Assembly (NCBI GenBank): GCA_025449635.1
Contig: JANWIZ010000036.1
Coordinates: forward strand, 1 to 45,862
From: Patescibacteria group bacterium
Lineage (GTDB): Bacteria; Patescibacteriota; Microgenomatia; Woykebacterales; RBG-16-39-9b
Direction of reading: 5' to 3'
DNA length: 45,862 nucleotides
Part shown: piece by piece, positions 1 to 12,411 of the stretch
Layout of the letters: each line of letters begins with the position of its first letter
Position numbering within the stretch: position 1 is the stretch's first letter
Program-made: the position numbers and the translations under genes
Notes under the pieces: generated by a model
The model's database searches: none
Told to the model about the DNA's origin: nothing
Seen by the model: only the letters and a program-made list of their open reading frames with translations

Positions 1-228
1 TTGATTATTATCTTCAAAATAAGTAAGTACTGCTTGTTCAAGTCTCTTTAGATCAGAGATTCTAATTTCATCTCTTTTTGCTTTTAAATAATTAAGCGGG
101 CTGTACTTTGAAAGTGAAAAATCTGGATTGTAGTAAGCGTAAACATTGAGTAGAGCAAAAATAACTGCACTAATGACAATTATGGAGATGAAGCCAATTC
201 CTTTTTGTTGTTGAGATGATTTAGTCAT
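1..228 (-). CDS. Pilin-like/GspG-like protein, partial (runs off window start)
   Basis: Not in the ORF track. Read manually: MTKSSQQQKGIGFISIIVISAVIFALLNVY...KAKRDEIRISDLKRLEQAVLTYFEDNNQ. It has an N-terminal hydrophobic helix and the RD-x-R-x-SDL motif seen in the neighbouring pilins. Its ATG overlaps the upstream pilin stop (ATGACTAA). Confidence 0.8.
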   Translation of the reverse strand, partial: MTKSSQQQKGIGFISIIVISAVIFALLNVYAYYNPDFSLSKYSPLNYLKAKRDEIRISDLKRLEQAVLTYFEDNNQ

Positions 229-733
229 TACAAACTACAAAGTCAGCGTTTGCACCATCAGCATAGGCGCCAGAAATAGTTGTAGCGCATTTACTAAGTG
301 CGTTTGTGTCATCAGTAGTTCTTGTATTTAACCGCGCTGTAATTTCATAATTCGCACTAGTACCATCAACAGTATAAGTATAGCTACCTGCAGTATCATT
401 AGGAACCTGCTTCATATAAGTACTATTATCATCACAGGTTGAAGCAGTAGAAGGATTATTATTTCCTAATGTAGCACCTAAAGGTAGGGAAGGAGGGTAT
501 ACTTTACAATCATTGTAATAAAGCTGCATTCCCGCTTTCATTTGGTTCAAATCAGATCTCATTTTACTATCTCTAGAATCTCCAATTATTCGAATCGGGT
601 TTATTGCAACTACTACAATAGTTACCAAAACTCCAATTATTGCTATAACGATTAGAAGTTCCACTAAGGTAAAGCCTCTTTGATGAATTAATTTTTCTTT
701 TGTTACAATTTCAGTTTTTTTAATGTTTTCCAT
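221..733 (-). CDS. Type IV pilin / GspG-like pseudopilin
   Basis: Class III signal RG|FTLVELLIVIAIIGVL, RDSKMRSDL helix, Cys pairs. Confidence 0.92.
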   Translation of the reverse strand: MENIKKTEIVTKEKLIHQRGFTLVELLIVIAIIGVLVTIVVVAINPIRIIGDSRDSKMRSDLNQMKAGMQLYYNDCKVYPPSLPLGATLGNNNPSTASTCDDNSTYMKQVPNDTAGSYTYTVDGTSANYEITARLNTRTTDDTNALSKCATTISGAYADGANADFVVCND

Positions 734-799
734 CTAGGTAAATTAATAAATACTAAATATTAATAATATTTATTAATCTGGGTGTTACCAAGACTCAAA

Positions 800-1255
800 C
801 TACGGACAATAAACAGTAGAGGCGGGTAAAGTACCAGCAGTTTCTGTAGTTGCTCCAGTCGAGTGTCTAAAGACATAATAGTTGGTCGCACTACCTTGTT
901 GTGCAGCACAAACATCTGTTGTCGGTGTGCTAGTATCAGCTACAACTGTAACGCCGGCAGGTACGTTTCCTTGTCCATTATTTGCTACATCAGTGTTATC
1001 GTCACACCAGCTAAGGTCAGTTGGGTTACCCAAAGCTCCAGAAAGAGCTCTAGTACCACAAGTACCAATCAACGTTCCAGTTGACCTTACATTAGCACGA
1101 GCTGCTCGATCTTGTCCGTCTCGAATACGTTGAAGTGGGTTAATTGCTACGACAACGATGACGACTAAAACAGCAATAATGGCGATTACAACCAAAAGTT
1201 CGATAAGTGTAAATCCTTTTTCACTTTTTAAGTGAGAGCGAAGTTTTTCGATCAT
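800..1255 (-). CDS. Type IV pilin, probably the major pilin
   Basis: KG|FTLIELLVVIAII prepilin motif, C-terminal Cys, and a strong SD-like GAGGGGGTGA upstream that the other pil genes lack. Confidence 0.9.
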   Translation of the reverse strand: MIEKLRSHLKSEKGFTLIELLVVIAIIAVLVVIVVVAINPLQRIRDGQDRAARANVRSTGTLIGTCGTRALSGALGNPTDLSWCDDNTDVANNGQGNVPAGVTVVADTSTPTTDVCAAQQGSATNYYVFRHSTGATTETAGTLPASTVYCP

Positions 1256-1402
1256 CCGTTCTCACCCCCTCTCAAGTTGGATTTAGTTTCTAAACTAACT
1301 TTAAGAAATTGACTCTCTGAAAATGAAAAAAACACCAAATCTGAATTAACTGACGTTTGATGTTTAAAATTTATTTTTACTCGGGCAGAGTAGTTCATTA
1401 TA

Positions 1403-2251
1403 TTACAAACCTAGAGTTTTAAGATACAGCCCCAAGATCTTGTCTCCGCAAACTGCAGAGATAAAGGATCCGAAGGCTAGAGCGGGTCCGAACGGAATAG
1501 TCTGTCCGAAGCCTTTCTTACCTAGTAATATAAGCATAACAGCACTGATAGCGCCTGTCAAGAAACCTAGAACAACCGCAACAAGAGCTAGTGGCCAACC
1601 TAAAGAAAGTCCTATAAAAATGCTGAGTTTGAAGTCCCCACCGCCCATACCTCGACCTTTAGTGACAATAATTAAAACCAAGAAAAAAGCGGCAATACAA
1701 AAAGTAGCGAAAAGGTCAATAGTAAGAATGCGCATGACAGTAAACGCATTGTTGCTAGCAAAAATCGATACTAATACAAGATACAGAGAGGCGATTAAAA
1801 TTGACGGAAAAAGAATTTTGTCCGGAATTATACCTTTTTTGAAATCAAAAACAGTCAGAACTATCAGAACTGAAAAAAAGAAAAGCATATAAACAAAACG
1901 GAACCAAAACGCCAAACTACTTCCCACAAATGTCTGATAAAAATCACAAGAAAAAGAGATGAATGCTAAGGTAAAGGCGAGAGCTGTGATCAACTCAACA
2001 GTTGGGTATTGAAGAGAGATCTTGGAATGGCAATAGCGGCATTTTCCAGATAAAAAGAGATAACTGGCGATTGGGATCAGATCTAAAACACCAAGTTGAT
2101 GCTTACAATGAGGACAAAAAGATCGTCCCGACAAATTTTTACCAGATTCGAAACGATAAATAACTACATTAAGAAAAGAACCGACTGCAGCGCCAAAGGC
2201 GAAAAAAATTATTATTCCAAAAACCAAATAAACAACTGTTTCTGCAATCAT
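1403..2251 (-). CDS. pilD: Prepilin peptidase
   Basis: GSFLNVVIYR, two CxxC pairs (CPHC, CRYC), GMGGGDFKL, IPFGPAL. Confidence 0.95.
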   Translation of the reverse strand: MIAETVVYLVFGIIIFFAFGAAVGSFLNVVIYRFESGKNLSGRSFCPHCKHQLGVLDLIPIASYLFLSGKCRYCHSKISLQYPTVELITALAFTLAFISFSCDFYQTFVGSSLAFWFRFVYMLFFFSVLIVLTVFDFKKGIIPDKILFPSILIASLYLVLVSIFASNNAFTVMRILTIDLFATFCIAAFFLVLIIVTKGRGMGGGDFKLSIFIGLSLGWPLALVAVVLGFLTGAISAVMLILLGKKGFGQTIPFGPALAFGSFISAVCGDKILGLYLKTLGL

Positions 2252-2257
2252 AGTTTT

Positions 2258-2848
2258 TTAGGGAACCAAACTTAGTTCTCCGATCTCATATCGATCAGCT
2301 AAACTACCCCCGTCACTTTTTGCTTCTTCAAGTCCAGTTTCACTTTCCATTTTGGCAGTTAGTTTGTACTTGCCATTTTCTCCTGGAGTGAATGTATAGA
2401 CAAAATCCTCTTTTTCGCTAGGAAAAAATCCATTAATTATTGGCAGTTTTTGCCTTATAGGAAAGGTTTCCTCGAGCGGATCTATCGGTAAAAGGTTTAG
2501 TGGAGTCCCAAAAAGCTTGGCGTTGATTGAGAGGTCAAGCGGCACCCAACCATGAGAATTGACAAAGCGCTTGTTTATCACCTTTACAGTTGCGTTTGTT
2601 AGTTTAATTTCGCGAAATGCAAAAACATCACTACCGATAGCACAATTTTGGCAAAGAGGGGGGAGTGCTTTGGCATTTTTGGTAATGTAAAAATCAATGG
2701 CCTTCTTTAATTGTCGAAGGTCTGCTACCCTTCGCTGATCCCGATGTTGTCGGTTTTTTTCAAGTGGATTATAGAGAAAAATGAAAGTAAGAATTACAAC
2801 TATAACTACTGCAATACCTGCTAAAACTTTAATTACCATTTTAGTCAC
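2258..2848 (-). CDS. Pilin-like protein (minor pilin, GspG-like)
   Basis: N-terminal TM helix, RDQRRVADL helix, LPIDP and YKLTAKMES motifs; no canonical G|F cleavage site; lies within the pil operon. Confidence 0.7.
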   Translation of the reverse strand: MTKMVIKVLAGIAVVIVVILTFIFLYNPLEKNRQHRDQRRVADLRQLKKAIDFYITKNAKALPPLCQNCAIGSDVFAFREIKLTNATVKVINKRFVNSHGWVPLDLSINAKLFGTPLNLLPIDPLEETFPIRQKLPIINGFFPSEKEDFVYTFTPGENGKYKLTAKMESETGLEEAKSDGGSLADRYEIGELSLVP

Positions 2849-4047
2849 TAATTACCAAAGGCCGAAGTAATATTGTAAATTGGCAAGATGATCGAAATGA
2901 CAAGCAGCGCAACCATCACACCGAGCACAATCATAATAATTGGCTCTAGTGCTGAGGTCAGATTTTTCACCTGATGCTCGACTTCTAGCTCGAAATAATT
3001 TGAAACCTTATTCAGAACATCGTCGATCTTTCCAGTCTCTTCACCAACTGCAATCATTTGCGGGACAAGCACTGGAAAAGTATCGTCCTGTCCAATGGCT
3101 TTGGAAAGTTGCGCCCCTTTCTCAACCAAGGATATCGCCTTTTTTACGGCTAATCGGTGAGTCGCATTTGAGGCAACTTCCCCAGAAATTTTTAAACCCT
3201 CAAGTATCGGCACTCCAGCCGCAATCAGAGCAGCTAAAGTACGAGTAAACTCAGTGATCGAACTATCACGATTGAGTTTGCCAAAGATCGGCACCTTTAA
3301 CATCAAACGATCAACCACCAGCGCTCCGCTTTCGGTCTTACGATAACGACGTAGCAGTATGGAGGCGCCAATAAAAGCCAATATAATTAACCACCAAAAA
3401 CTACTAACAAATTTGCTAAGTGCAATCATAATCACCGTTGGTAAAGGTAAATCAATATTCATTTGAACATAAAGCTCGGACAATTTTGGTACGACAAAAA
3501 CCATGATCACACCAATAACTAAAGTCATAGCTATAAGAATAATTGCCGGATAGACAAAAGCTCCTTTGACTTTTGCCTGAAACTCACGATCTTTTTCAAG
3601 AGTATCAGCAAGCTTTGCCAGTACTTTATCAAGAGTTCCAGAAGATTCTCCCGCTTTGATAATGTTGATATAAGCAATCGAAAATTCATTAGGGTGTTTA
3701 GCTAGACAAGCCGCAAAAGTCTGTCCTCCTTGAATGTCATCAGCCAACTGTTTAAGGATCACTTTCAAACGATCATTCTCAGTTTGTTTTTCAAGTACAA
3801 CTAGAGACTCTGTTAACGGCAACCCTGAGGAGATCATAGTTGCTAACTGTCTAGTAAAATTAGCGATTGGCCCCAACCCAATGCCACCAAAATGAAAGGC
3901 AAATTCTTTCTTTTTATCTTCAATCTTGATAACTACATAACCACGATCATGTAGAATCGACGAGGCCTGACGGCTGTCAACCGCCTCAATAACACCCTTT
4001 TTGGTTTGCCCTTGGGCATCTTTGATAATGTAGTTAAACTGTTGCAT
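2848..4047 (-). CDS. pilC: Type IV pilus inner-membrane platform protein (T2SS F family)
   Basis: FTRQLATMISSGLPL, GESSGTLD, VGEETGKID, LEPIIM. Confidence 0.95.
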   Translation of the reverse strand: MQQFNYIIKDAQGQTKKGVIEAVDSRQASSILHDRGYVVIKIEDKKKEFAFHFGGIGLGPIANFTRQLATMISSGLPLTESLVVLEKQTENDRLKVILKQLADDIQGGQTFAACLAKHPNEFSIAYINIIKAGESSGTLDKVLAKLADTLEKDREFQAKVKGAFVYPAIILIAMTLVIGVIMVFVVPKLSELYVQMNIDLPLPTVIMIALSKFVSSFWWLIILAFIGASILLRRYRKTESGALVVDRLMLKVPIFGKLNRDSSITEFTRTLAALIAAGVPILEGLKISGEVASNATHRLAVKKAISLVEKGAQLSKAIGQDDTFPVLVPQMIAVGEETGKIDDVLNKVSNYFELEVEHQVKNLTSALEPIIMIVLGVMVALLVISIILPIYNITSAFGN

Positions 4048-4055
4048 TTATATTT

Positions 4056-5138
4056 TTAGCTTTTGGGCGCTCCTGAAGCTCCAATTCTTTTGACTTCACG
4101 CAATAAATCTTCTGATTTCATACTGTAGCTCAAAGCCGTGTCTAAACTAACCAAACCCTCTTTGACAAACTGCGCCAAACTAGACTCCAGAGTTTGCATA
4201 CCAACACCCGAAGAGGTCTGTATGATGTTGTCTAAAAGGTGGGTTTTTCCTTCACGAATTACATTACGAACCGCACCGTTGGCAAGCAGTACCTCAGTGG
4301 CGGGATAACGACCGCCTTTAATACCAGGTAAAAGTCGCTGGGAAACCACTGCCTCGAGCACATTTGACAACTGCATTTGAATCTGGGATTGTTGATTATC
4401 TGGGAACACACCGACAATACGATCAACTGATTGAGAAGCTGAATTGGTATGCAAAGTGGCAAAAACTAAATGTCCAGTTTCGGCAATTGTTAACACTGCT
4501 TCAATAGTTTCGTAGTCTCGCATTTCTCCAATCAAAACAACATCTGGATCTTCCCGCAAAACACTTCGCAAGGATATCTCCCATGAATGAGTATCCAAAT
4601 GCATTTCGCGCTGGGCGATTAGGGACTTACGAGAAGGGTAGACATATTCGATTGGATCCTCAACTGTAATAATATGAGCTGATTGATTCTCGTTTATTTC
4701 ATTAATGATCGAAGCAATAGTAGTCGATTTACCGTGACCAGTCGGTCCAGTAACCAAAATAAGACCTTGCTTAAGTTTAGAAAAATTAGCTAAAGCTTTT
4801 GGTAAATGTAGTTCTTCTATATGAGGAATTTTTGATGGTATCAACCGTAGTGCAGCTGAAACATAACCTTTTTGATAAAAAGCATTAACACGAAAACGGG
4901 CAATTTCTCCAAGCGCAAACGAAAAATCAATTTCTTTGTTCGTTACCAATAGTTCCTTTTGCTCTGGGGTAGTTAAAGAAAAAATTAATTTTTCAATAAA
5001 TTCCGGACTCGGATCTGGAGATTTTGTAATTGGTATCAACGAACCATTGATACGAAGAGTCGGATAAGTACCTACCATCAGATGTATATCGCTAGCACCC
5101 CGACGAAGTGCATCTTCCAAAATTTCTTGAATTTCCAT
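4056..5138 (-). CDS. pilT: Type IV pilus retraction ATPase
   Basis: ASDIHL, Walker A GPTGHGKST, EDPIE, LREDPDVVLIGEMRD, TLHT, AVRNVIRE (AIRNLIRE variant). Confidence 0.95.
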   Translation of the reverse strand: MEIQEILEDALRRGASDIHLMVGTYPTLRINGSLIPITKSPDPSPEFIEKLIFSLTTPEQKELLVTNKEIDFSFALGEIARFRVNAFYQKGYVSAALRLIPSKIPHIEELHLPKALANFSKLKQGLILVTGPTGHGKSTTIASIINEINENQSAHIITVEDPIEYVYPSRKSLIAQREMHLDTHSWEISLRSVLREDPDVVLIGEMRDYETIEAVLTIAETGHLVFATLHTNSASQSVDRIVGVFPDNQQSQIQMQLSNVLEAVVSQRLLPGIKGGRYPATEVLLANGAVRNVIREGKTHLLDNIIQTSSGVGMQTLESSLAQFVKEGLVSLDTALSYSMKSEDLLREVKRIGASGAPKS

Positions 5139-5144
5139 GTTAGT

Positions 5145-5280
5145 AAACTTCCTTAAAAATTATAATAATGTTTTTGTTTAGTAAAATATGACGCTTTAGC
5201 GGCATATATTGTTAAAATTTCCTTAAAACTAATAATAATTTTCTCTATTAAAATATCTCGCTTTAGCGGGATATAATTTC
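5145..5280. repeat. Imperfect tandem duplication (~68-70 bp unit), each copy with a 22-nt hairpin
   Basis: Both copies start (A)AA(C/T)TTCCTTAAAA...ATAATAAT. Hairpins are ATATGACGCTTTAGCGGCATAT (5186-5207) and ATATCTCGCTTTAGCGGGATAT (5253-5274). Confidence 0.8.
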
Positions 5281-5285
5281 CAGTT

Positions 5286-7052
5286 TTATGCATCCTGAGC
5301 AACCCGAATCACCTCTTCAATCGTAGTTAAACCCTCAAGAGCCTTTAAATATCCGTCTTGCTTCATCGAAATCATGCCATCGGAAATCGCTGTTTTTTCA
5401 ATTTCACTGCTCGGTGCTCTCTCAAGAATAGATTTTCCAACTTTTTCAGTAATATTTAGAACTTCAAAAACTCCAATTCTGCCCTTATAACCACTGTCGT
5501 TGCACTTATCACACCCCTTACCTTTGTAAAGCTTGAATTTCTTTGTTCCAGTAACTTCTTCCATATCTTTAGCTTCTTCGGCTGAAAGCCGCTTTTGAGT
5601 CGCCTCATTGGCCAAACTTCCAAGTACAGCTTTGATATTCTGGACAATCAAATCTGTCGGTTCAACCGCTTCTTTACAGTCAGAACAGATCTTTCTCACA
5701 ACTCTCTGGGCTACAATTGCGTTCATTGACGAGGCAAGTAAAAAGGTTTCTGCTCCCATATCCATCAGACGAGGCAGAGCCCCAGCAGAAGAGTTTGTAT
5801 GCAAAGTAGAAAAAACCAAATGTCCGGTCAAAGCTGCCTGAATCGCCAAACCAGCAGTTTCAGAGTCTCGAATTTCACCAACCATGATGATGTTTGGATC
5901 TTGTCGCAAAAAACTACGAAGTCCAGAGGCAAAAGTAAGCCCGGCAACTGGATTGATTTGAACCTGATTGACACCGGGAATTTGATATTCAACTGGATCC
6001 TCAAGGGTAACAATATTAACCTTGGATGAATTTATTTTCGAAAGTGCTCCAAAAAGCGTGGTTGTCTTACCAGAACCTGTTGGACCGGTAATCAAAACAA
6101 TTCCATTAGGGCGGGTAATATTTTCTTCAAAAATCTTTAACCCCATACCTCTCAATCCTAAGTCACCTAAAGTGGGGGCACTACCGGCTTTGGGAAGAAG
6201 ACGCATTACCACCTTTTCACCGTGTACTGTCGGTAGAGTCGAAATACGCAAATCAACTGCCTGATCACCAACTTTAAAACTAAAACGCCCGTCTTGAGGA
6301 ATTCGTTTTTCGTCAATTTTTAGATTTGAAAGAATTTTTATTCTGGAAATCAAGGCTTCATGAACTTTGGTTGGCAAAACCACGCGCTCTTGCAAGATAC
6401 CGTCAATTCGATAACGAACTCTAGTTTTTTCCTCTAATGGTTCGATGTGTATATCAGAGGCACGACCTTTAATCGCGTATTCGACTAGGGTTGCAACTAT
6501 CTTGGCGACCGGTGCTTCCTTGATAACTTCTTCGACTTTATCCAGATCTTTGAGTACTTCTTTAGCCTCAACTGGTTCAGTTTCCTGGACAGCGGCAGTC
6601 ACTGTTGTTGTCAAACTCTGTGAGTATTGATCGACAATTGCTTGATTGATCAAAGCCGGAGTTGAAATAAAGGTCCGAATTCGCTTTTCACTTTTTCTTT
6701 CAATAAATTCGACGACTTGCAAATCAAGAGGGTCGGACATGGCCACTGAAAGAACATCGTCTTTTCCGAGTTCAAAAGGAATCAGTACATACCGTCTCGC
6801 AACTGGTTCTGGGATCAGCGATAACACATCACTAGGGATTGGCTTTAAGTTGGGGTTATAAAAGTGAACCCCAATCATTTCACCTTTTGCAGCTACCAAG
6901 TCATCATTAGAAACAAAATTGTGTTCACGAATAATATCTTCAGGGGTTTTACCAGTATTTACAGACTCAAGTTTAACCAGGGAACGGTTTTCTGTAGTTA
7001 TTTTTTTCTGTTCGAAGAGAATGTCTTCGATACTTTTGTTGGTTACTTCCAT
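5286..7052 (-). CDS. pilB: Type IV pilus assembly ATPase (PilB/GspE)
   Basis: ASDIHIEP, PQDGR, GPTGSGKTT, LRQDPNIIMVGEIRD, CxxC..CxxC Zn site; ATG at 7052 preferred over TTG at 7058. Confidence 0.95.
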   Translation of the reverse strand: MEVTNKSIEDILFEQKKITTENRSLVKLESVNTGKTPEDIIREHNFVSNDDLVAAKGEMIGVHFYNPNLKPIPSDVLSLIPEPVARRYVLIPFELGKDDVLSVAMSDPLDLQVVEFIERKSEKRIRTFISTPALINQAIVDQYSQSLTTTVTAAVQETEPVEAKEVLKDLDKVEEVIKEAPVAKIVATLVEYAIKGRASDIHIEPLEEKTRVRYRIDGILQERVVLPTKVHEALISRIKILSNLKIDEKRIPQDGRFSFKVGDQAVDLRISTLPTVHGEKVVMRLLPKAGSAPTLGDLGLRGMGLKIFEENITRPNGIVLITGPTGSGKTTTLFGALSKINSSKVNIVTLEDPVEYQIPGVNQVQINPVAGLTFASGLRSFLRQDPNIIMVGEIRDSETAGLAIQAALTGHLVFSTLHTNSSAGALPRLMDMGAETFLLASSMNAIVAQRVVRKICSDCKEAVEPTDLIVQNIKAVLGSLANEATQKRLSAEEAKDMEEVTGTKKFKLYKGKGCDKCNDSGYKGRIGVFEVLNITEKVGKSILERAPSSEIEKTAISDGMISMKQDGYLKALEGLTTIEEVIRVAQDA

Positions 7053-7149
7053 GGGCAAGTTTTATTTCGTACTATTCAATATTAAATGAAATTCCCGCAT
7101 GCTGTCAATTGACTCACTGGGCTTTTTTGGTTTTAATGAAAGGAATAAA

Positions 7150-7776
7150 ATGGCACAAACTCTCTTACTTGTTGGCAAGAATAAAAAAGAATTAAAAATT
7201 AGTGCTGAAAAACTCTCTCTTGAGCAGTCCAGCACTTTCGATACACTTTTTTTTGACGCTTCTGAAAATAAGGGAATCGAAAGCACCAGAGAAATAATTA
7301 CTACTAGTTTTCGCAAACCCTTTAACTCTCGCATTCTAACACTAATAGTATTGGAAGCCGATAAGCTAACCGTCGAAGCACAAAATTCACTTCTAAAGCT
7401 GCTTGAGGAACCCCCAAACGAAACTCAAATTATTCTTACCACGAACAACCGAAACAGTTTAATACCAACTGTAGTTTCCCGCTGTTTGGAAATCGATTTA
7501 TTAAAATCCGAGGAACTATCAAGCCCGACAGCGTTTGAAGGTTTTCTGGAAAAGCCTTTTGGTGAACGTCTTGAAATTCTCGAGAAAAATCAGGTTGAAC
7601 AATACTTACTTTTCTTACAAAAGCTGCTTCATCAAAAAATATCTTTAAACGAATCAAGTCTTGAAAATAAAGCGAGCCAAATCACAAAACGGCTAAGAAT
7701 TGCCTTAAAACTTCATAAAGCCTCAAAAAGCTTTGCGAATAAAAAACTTATAGCGTTGCTTTTAGCACAAAGTTAG
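7150..7776 (+). CDS. holB: Short DNA polymerase III delta-prime-like subunit
   Basis: ADKLTVEAQNSLLKLLEEPP and LIPTVVSRC clamp-loader motifs; ATG at 7150 chosen. Confidence 0.8.
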   Translation: MAQTLLLVGKNKKELKISAEKLSLEQSSTFDTLFFDASENKGIESTREIITTSFRKPFNSRILTLIVLEADKLTVEAQNSLLKLLEEPPNETQIILTTNNRNSLIPTVVSRCLEIDLLKSEELSSPTAFEGFLEKPFGERLEILEKNQVEQYLLFLQKLLHQKISLNESSLENKASQITKRLRIALKLHKASKSFANKKLIALLLAQS

Positions 7777-7794
7777 ATTTCAGCTTGCCAGTAA

Positions 7795-9882
<2,088 letters not shown>

Positions 9883-9894
9883 TTTTTAAATTTT

Positions 9895-12405
9895 ATGGAA
9901 GAACAAGAACAACAAGACGAACAAGTCGCAAACCAGGAAATAAATAATAATTCGATCGGAAAACTCAAAAACGTGCAAATAGTTGAGGAGATGAAAACTA
10001 GTTACCTCAACTATGCGATGAGTGTTATCGTTTCACGAGCACTTCCTGACGTTAGAGATGGTTTGAAACCAGTTCACCGCCGAATTCTTTACGCGATGAA
10101 CGAAATTGGCTTAACTCACAGTGCAAAGTATCGTAAGAGTGCAACTGTAGTCGGGGAGGTACTGGGTAAATACCACCCTCATGGTGATGGTCCAGTTTAT
10201 GACGCGATGGTACGCTTGGCCCAAGATTTTGCCATGCGTTATCCATTGGTTGACGGTCAAGGCAACTTTGGTAGTGTTGATGGGGACCCACCAGCTGCCA
10301 TGCGTTATACCGAAGCTCGTTTGGCTCAAATTTCCAATGAATTACTTGATGACATTGATAAAAATACCGTCCCCTGGGCTGACAATTTTGACGCAACCAG
10401 AAAAGAACCAATCGTCTTACCAGGAAAACTTCCCAATCTATTACTTTCTGGTGGTAGTGGAATTGCCGTTGGGATGGCAACAAACATCCCTCCTCACAAC
10501 CTCACTGAGATTTGTGATGGGATCATTCACCTAATTAATCAACCAGAAGCACCTCTTGAGGAGCTGATGGGTTTTATCAAGGGTCCAGATTTTCCAACTG
10601 GAGGAGCGATTTTTGATATTAGTGAAATAACTAATGCTTATGCGACTGGGAAGGGTAGGGTGGTGATGAGGGCAAAAGCTGAGATCGAAGAGGACAAAGC
10701 CAGCCGTTTTAAAATAATTGTTACGGAAATTCCATATCAGGTTAATAAATCTCAATTAATCTCTAGAATTGCCAATTTAGTCAAAGAAAAGAAACTCGAC
10801 GGTATTTCAGATCTTCGAGATGAATCAGATCGAACTGGTATGCGAATAATGATCGAGCTCAAGCGTGACGCCCGCCCACAAAACTTACTTAATCAACTTT
10901 TCAAACACACTAGTATGCAAATGGCTTTTAATGTCAATATGGTTGCCTTGGTTGACGGCACACCACAAATTTTAAACCTTAAACAAATTTTAACTGAATA
11001 TATTCGTCATCGCCAAGATGTCGTAACCAAACGAACCCAATTCGAACTTGATCAAGCCAAGGCACGAGCACATATTCTTGAGGGGCTCAAAATTGCACTT
11101 GATCATCTCGATGAGGTAATAAAAACGATCAGAGAGTCTGCTGATGCCGATACTGCCAAAACTAACCTGATGACCAGGTTCAAACTTAGTGATATTCAGT
11201 CTCAAGCTATTCTTGACATGCAGTTGCGCCGATTAGCAGCGCTAGAGCGAAAAAAGATTGAAGATGAGTACATTGAAGTTATGAAAACAATTGCTTATCT
11301 GGAAGATTTATTGGCTTCACCAAAGAAAATTTTGGCAGTTATCGAAACAGAGCTGAAAGAGCTTAAAAGCAAATACGGGGATGAGAGAAGAACCAGAGTC
11401 TATAAACAAGCGATTGGAGATTTTTCAGAGGAGGATTTGATTCCAGCAGAAAATGTCATCGTCACGGTTACAGAAACTGGTTATATAAAAAGAAGTCCAA
11501 CAGATACTTTCCGAACTCAACTGCGCGGGGGAAAGGGTGTAACTGGAGCAACTCTCAAAGAAGAAGATAGCATTTCTCAGTTATATTTAGCTAATACTCA
11601 TGACAACATGATGTTTTTCACAAACAAAGGTCGAGTATTTCAGATTAAGGTCTATGAACTACCAGAAGGATCCCGCCAAGCAAAGGGTCAAGCAATTATT
11701 AACTTAATAAATATCGAGCAGGGTGAGCTGGTTACCTCAATGTTTAATGTTCCTAAAAGCACTAAGTCAGGCTTTATCTTTATGGCAACGAAAAAAGGGA
11801 TCGTCAAAAAAACTGCCCTCGAAGGTTTTGCTAATATTCGTCGGTCTGGTATTATCGCGATCAATTTAAATAGTGGTGATAGCTTGCAGTTTGTTACCCT
11901 AACATCCGGAGACGAACATATAATTATGGCAACGAAAAAAGGTCAATCGATCCGCTTTCATGAGAAAAATGTTCGAGCTATGGGAAGAGCGACAGCCGGG
12001 GTGATGGGTATAAGACTCGGAAAAGATGATGAAATAATTTGCGCTTCAAAAGCACCGGAAAAAGGAGAGTTTTTGATAGTTACTGAGAAAGGCTTTGGCA
12101 AAAAAAGTAAGATCACAGACTGGCCGCTGCAGGGTCGTGCTGGTAGCGGAGTCAAAGCTGCTGAAGTCACAGCGAGAAACGGCAAAGTAATGGCTGCAAA
12201 AGTGATTGAACAAGACGATCAGGATATTTTAATAACCTCGAAAGGTGGTCAGGTCATAAAGCTCCCGATTAAGGATGTTCCATTACTCACACGTCAAACC
12301 CAAGGAGTTATTCTAATTCGACTGGCTAATAGTTCTGATGTTGTTTCTGCTGTAACAACATTTAAAAAAGAGATAAAGGCCGACGAAAAGAAAGCAAAAG
12401 AGTAA
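9895..12405 (+). CDS. gyrA: DNA gyrase subunit A
   Basis: [29 protein letters not shown] catalytic Tyr, GyrA-box variant QLRGGKG. Confidence 0.98.
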   Translation: MEEQEQQDEQVANQEINNNSIGKLKNVQIVEEMKTSYLNYAMSVIVSRALPDVRDGLKPVHRRILYAMNEIGLTHSAKYRKSATVVGEVLGKYHPHGDGPVYDAMVRLAQDFAMRYPLVDGQGNFGSVDGDPPAAMRYTEARLAQISNELLDDIDKNTVPWADNFDATRKEPIVLPGKLPNLLLSGGSGIAVGMATNIPPHNLTEICDGIIHLINQPEAPLEELMGFIKGPDFPTGGAIFDISEITNAYATGKGRVVMRAKAEIEEDKASRFKIIVTEIPYQVNKSQLISRIANLVKEKKLDGISDLRDESDRTGMRIMIELKRDARPQNLLNQLFKHTSMQMAFNVNMVALVDGTPQILNLKQILTEYIRHRQDVVTKRTQFELDQAKARAHILEGLKIALDHLDEVIKTIRESADADTAKTNLMTRFKLSDIQSQAILDMQLRRLAALERKKIEDEYIEVMKTIAYLEDLLASPKKILAVIETELKELKSKYGDERRTRVYKQAIGDFSEEDLIPAENVIVTVTETGYIKRSPTDTFRTQLRGGKGVTGATLKEEDSISQLYLANTHDNMMFFTNKGRVFQIKVYELPEGSRQAKGQAIINLINIEQGELVTSMFNVPKSTKSGFIFMATKKGIVKKTALEGFANIRRSGIIAINLNSGDSLQFVTLTSGDEHIIMATKKGQSIRFHEKNVRAMGRATAGVMGIRLGKDDEIICASKAPEKGEFLIVTEKGFGKKSKITDWPLQGRAGSGVKAAEVTARNGKVMAAKVIEQDDQDILITSKGGQVIKLPIKDVPLLTRQTQGVILIRLANSSDVVSAVTTFKKEIKADEKKAKE

Positions 12406-12411
12406 AAAAAG

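Noticed and set aside
742-777. AT-only inverted repeat ATTAATAAATA/TATTTATTAAT between pilin genes
   Set aside because: Low complexity in an AT-rich spacer; might attenuate transcription after the major pilin but cannot be supported
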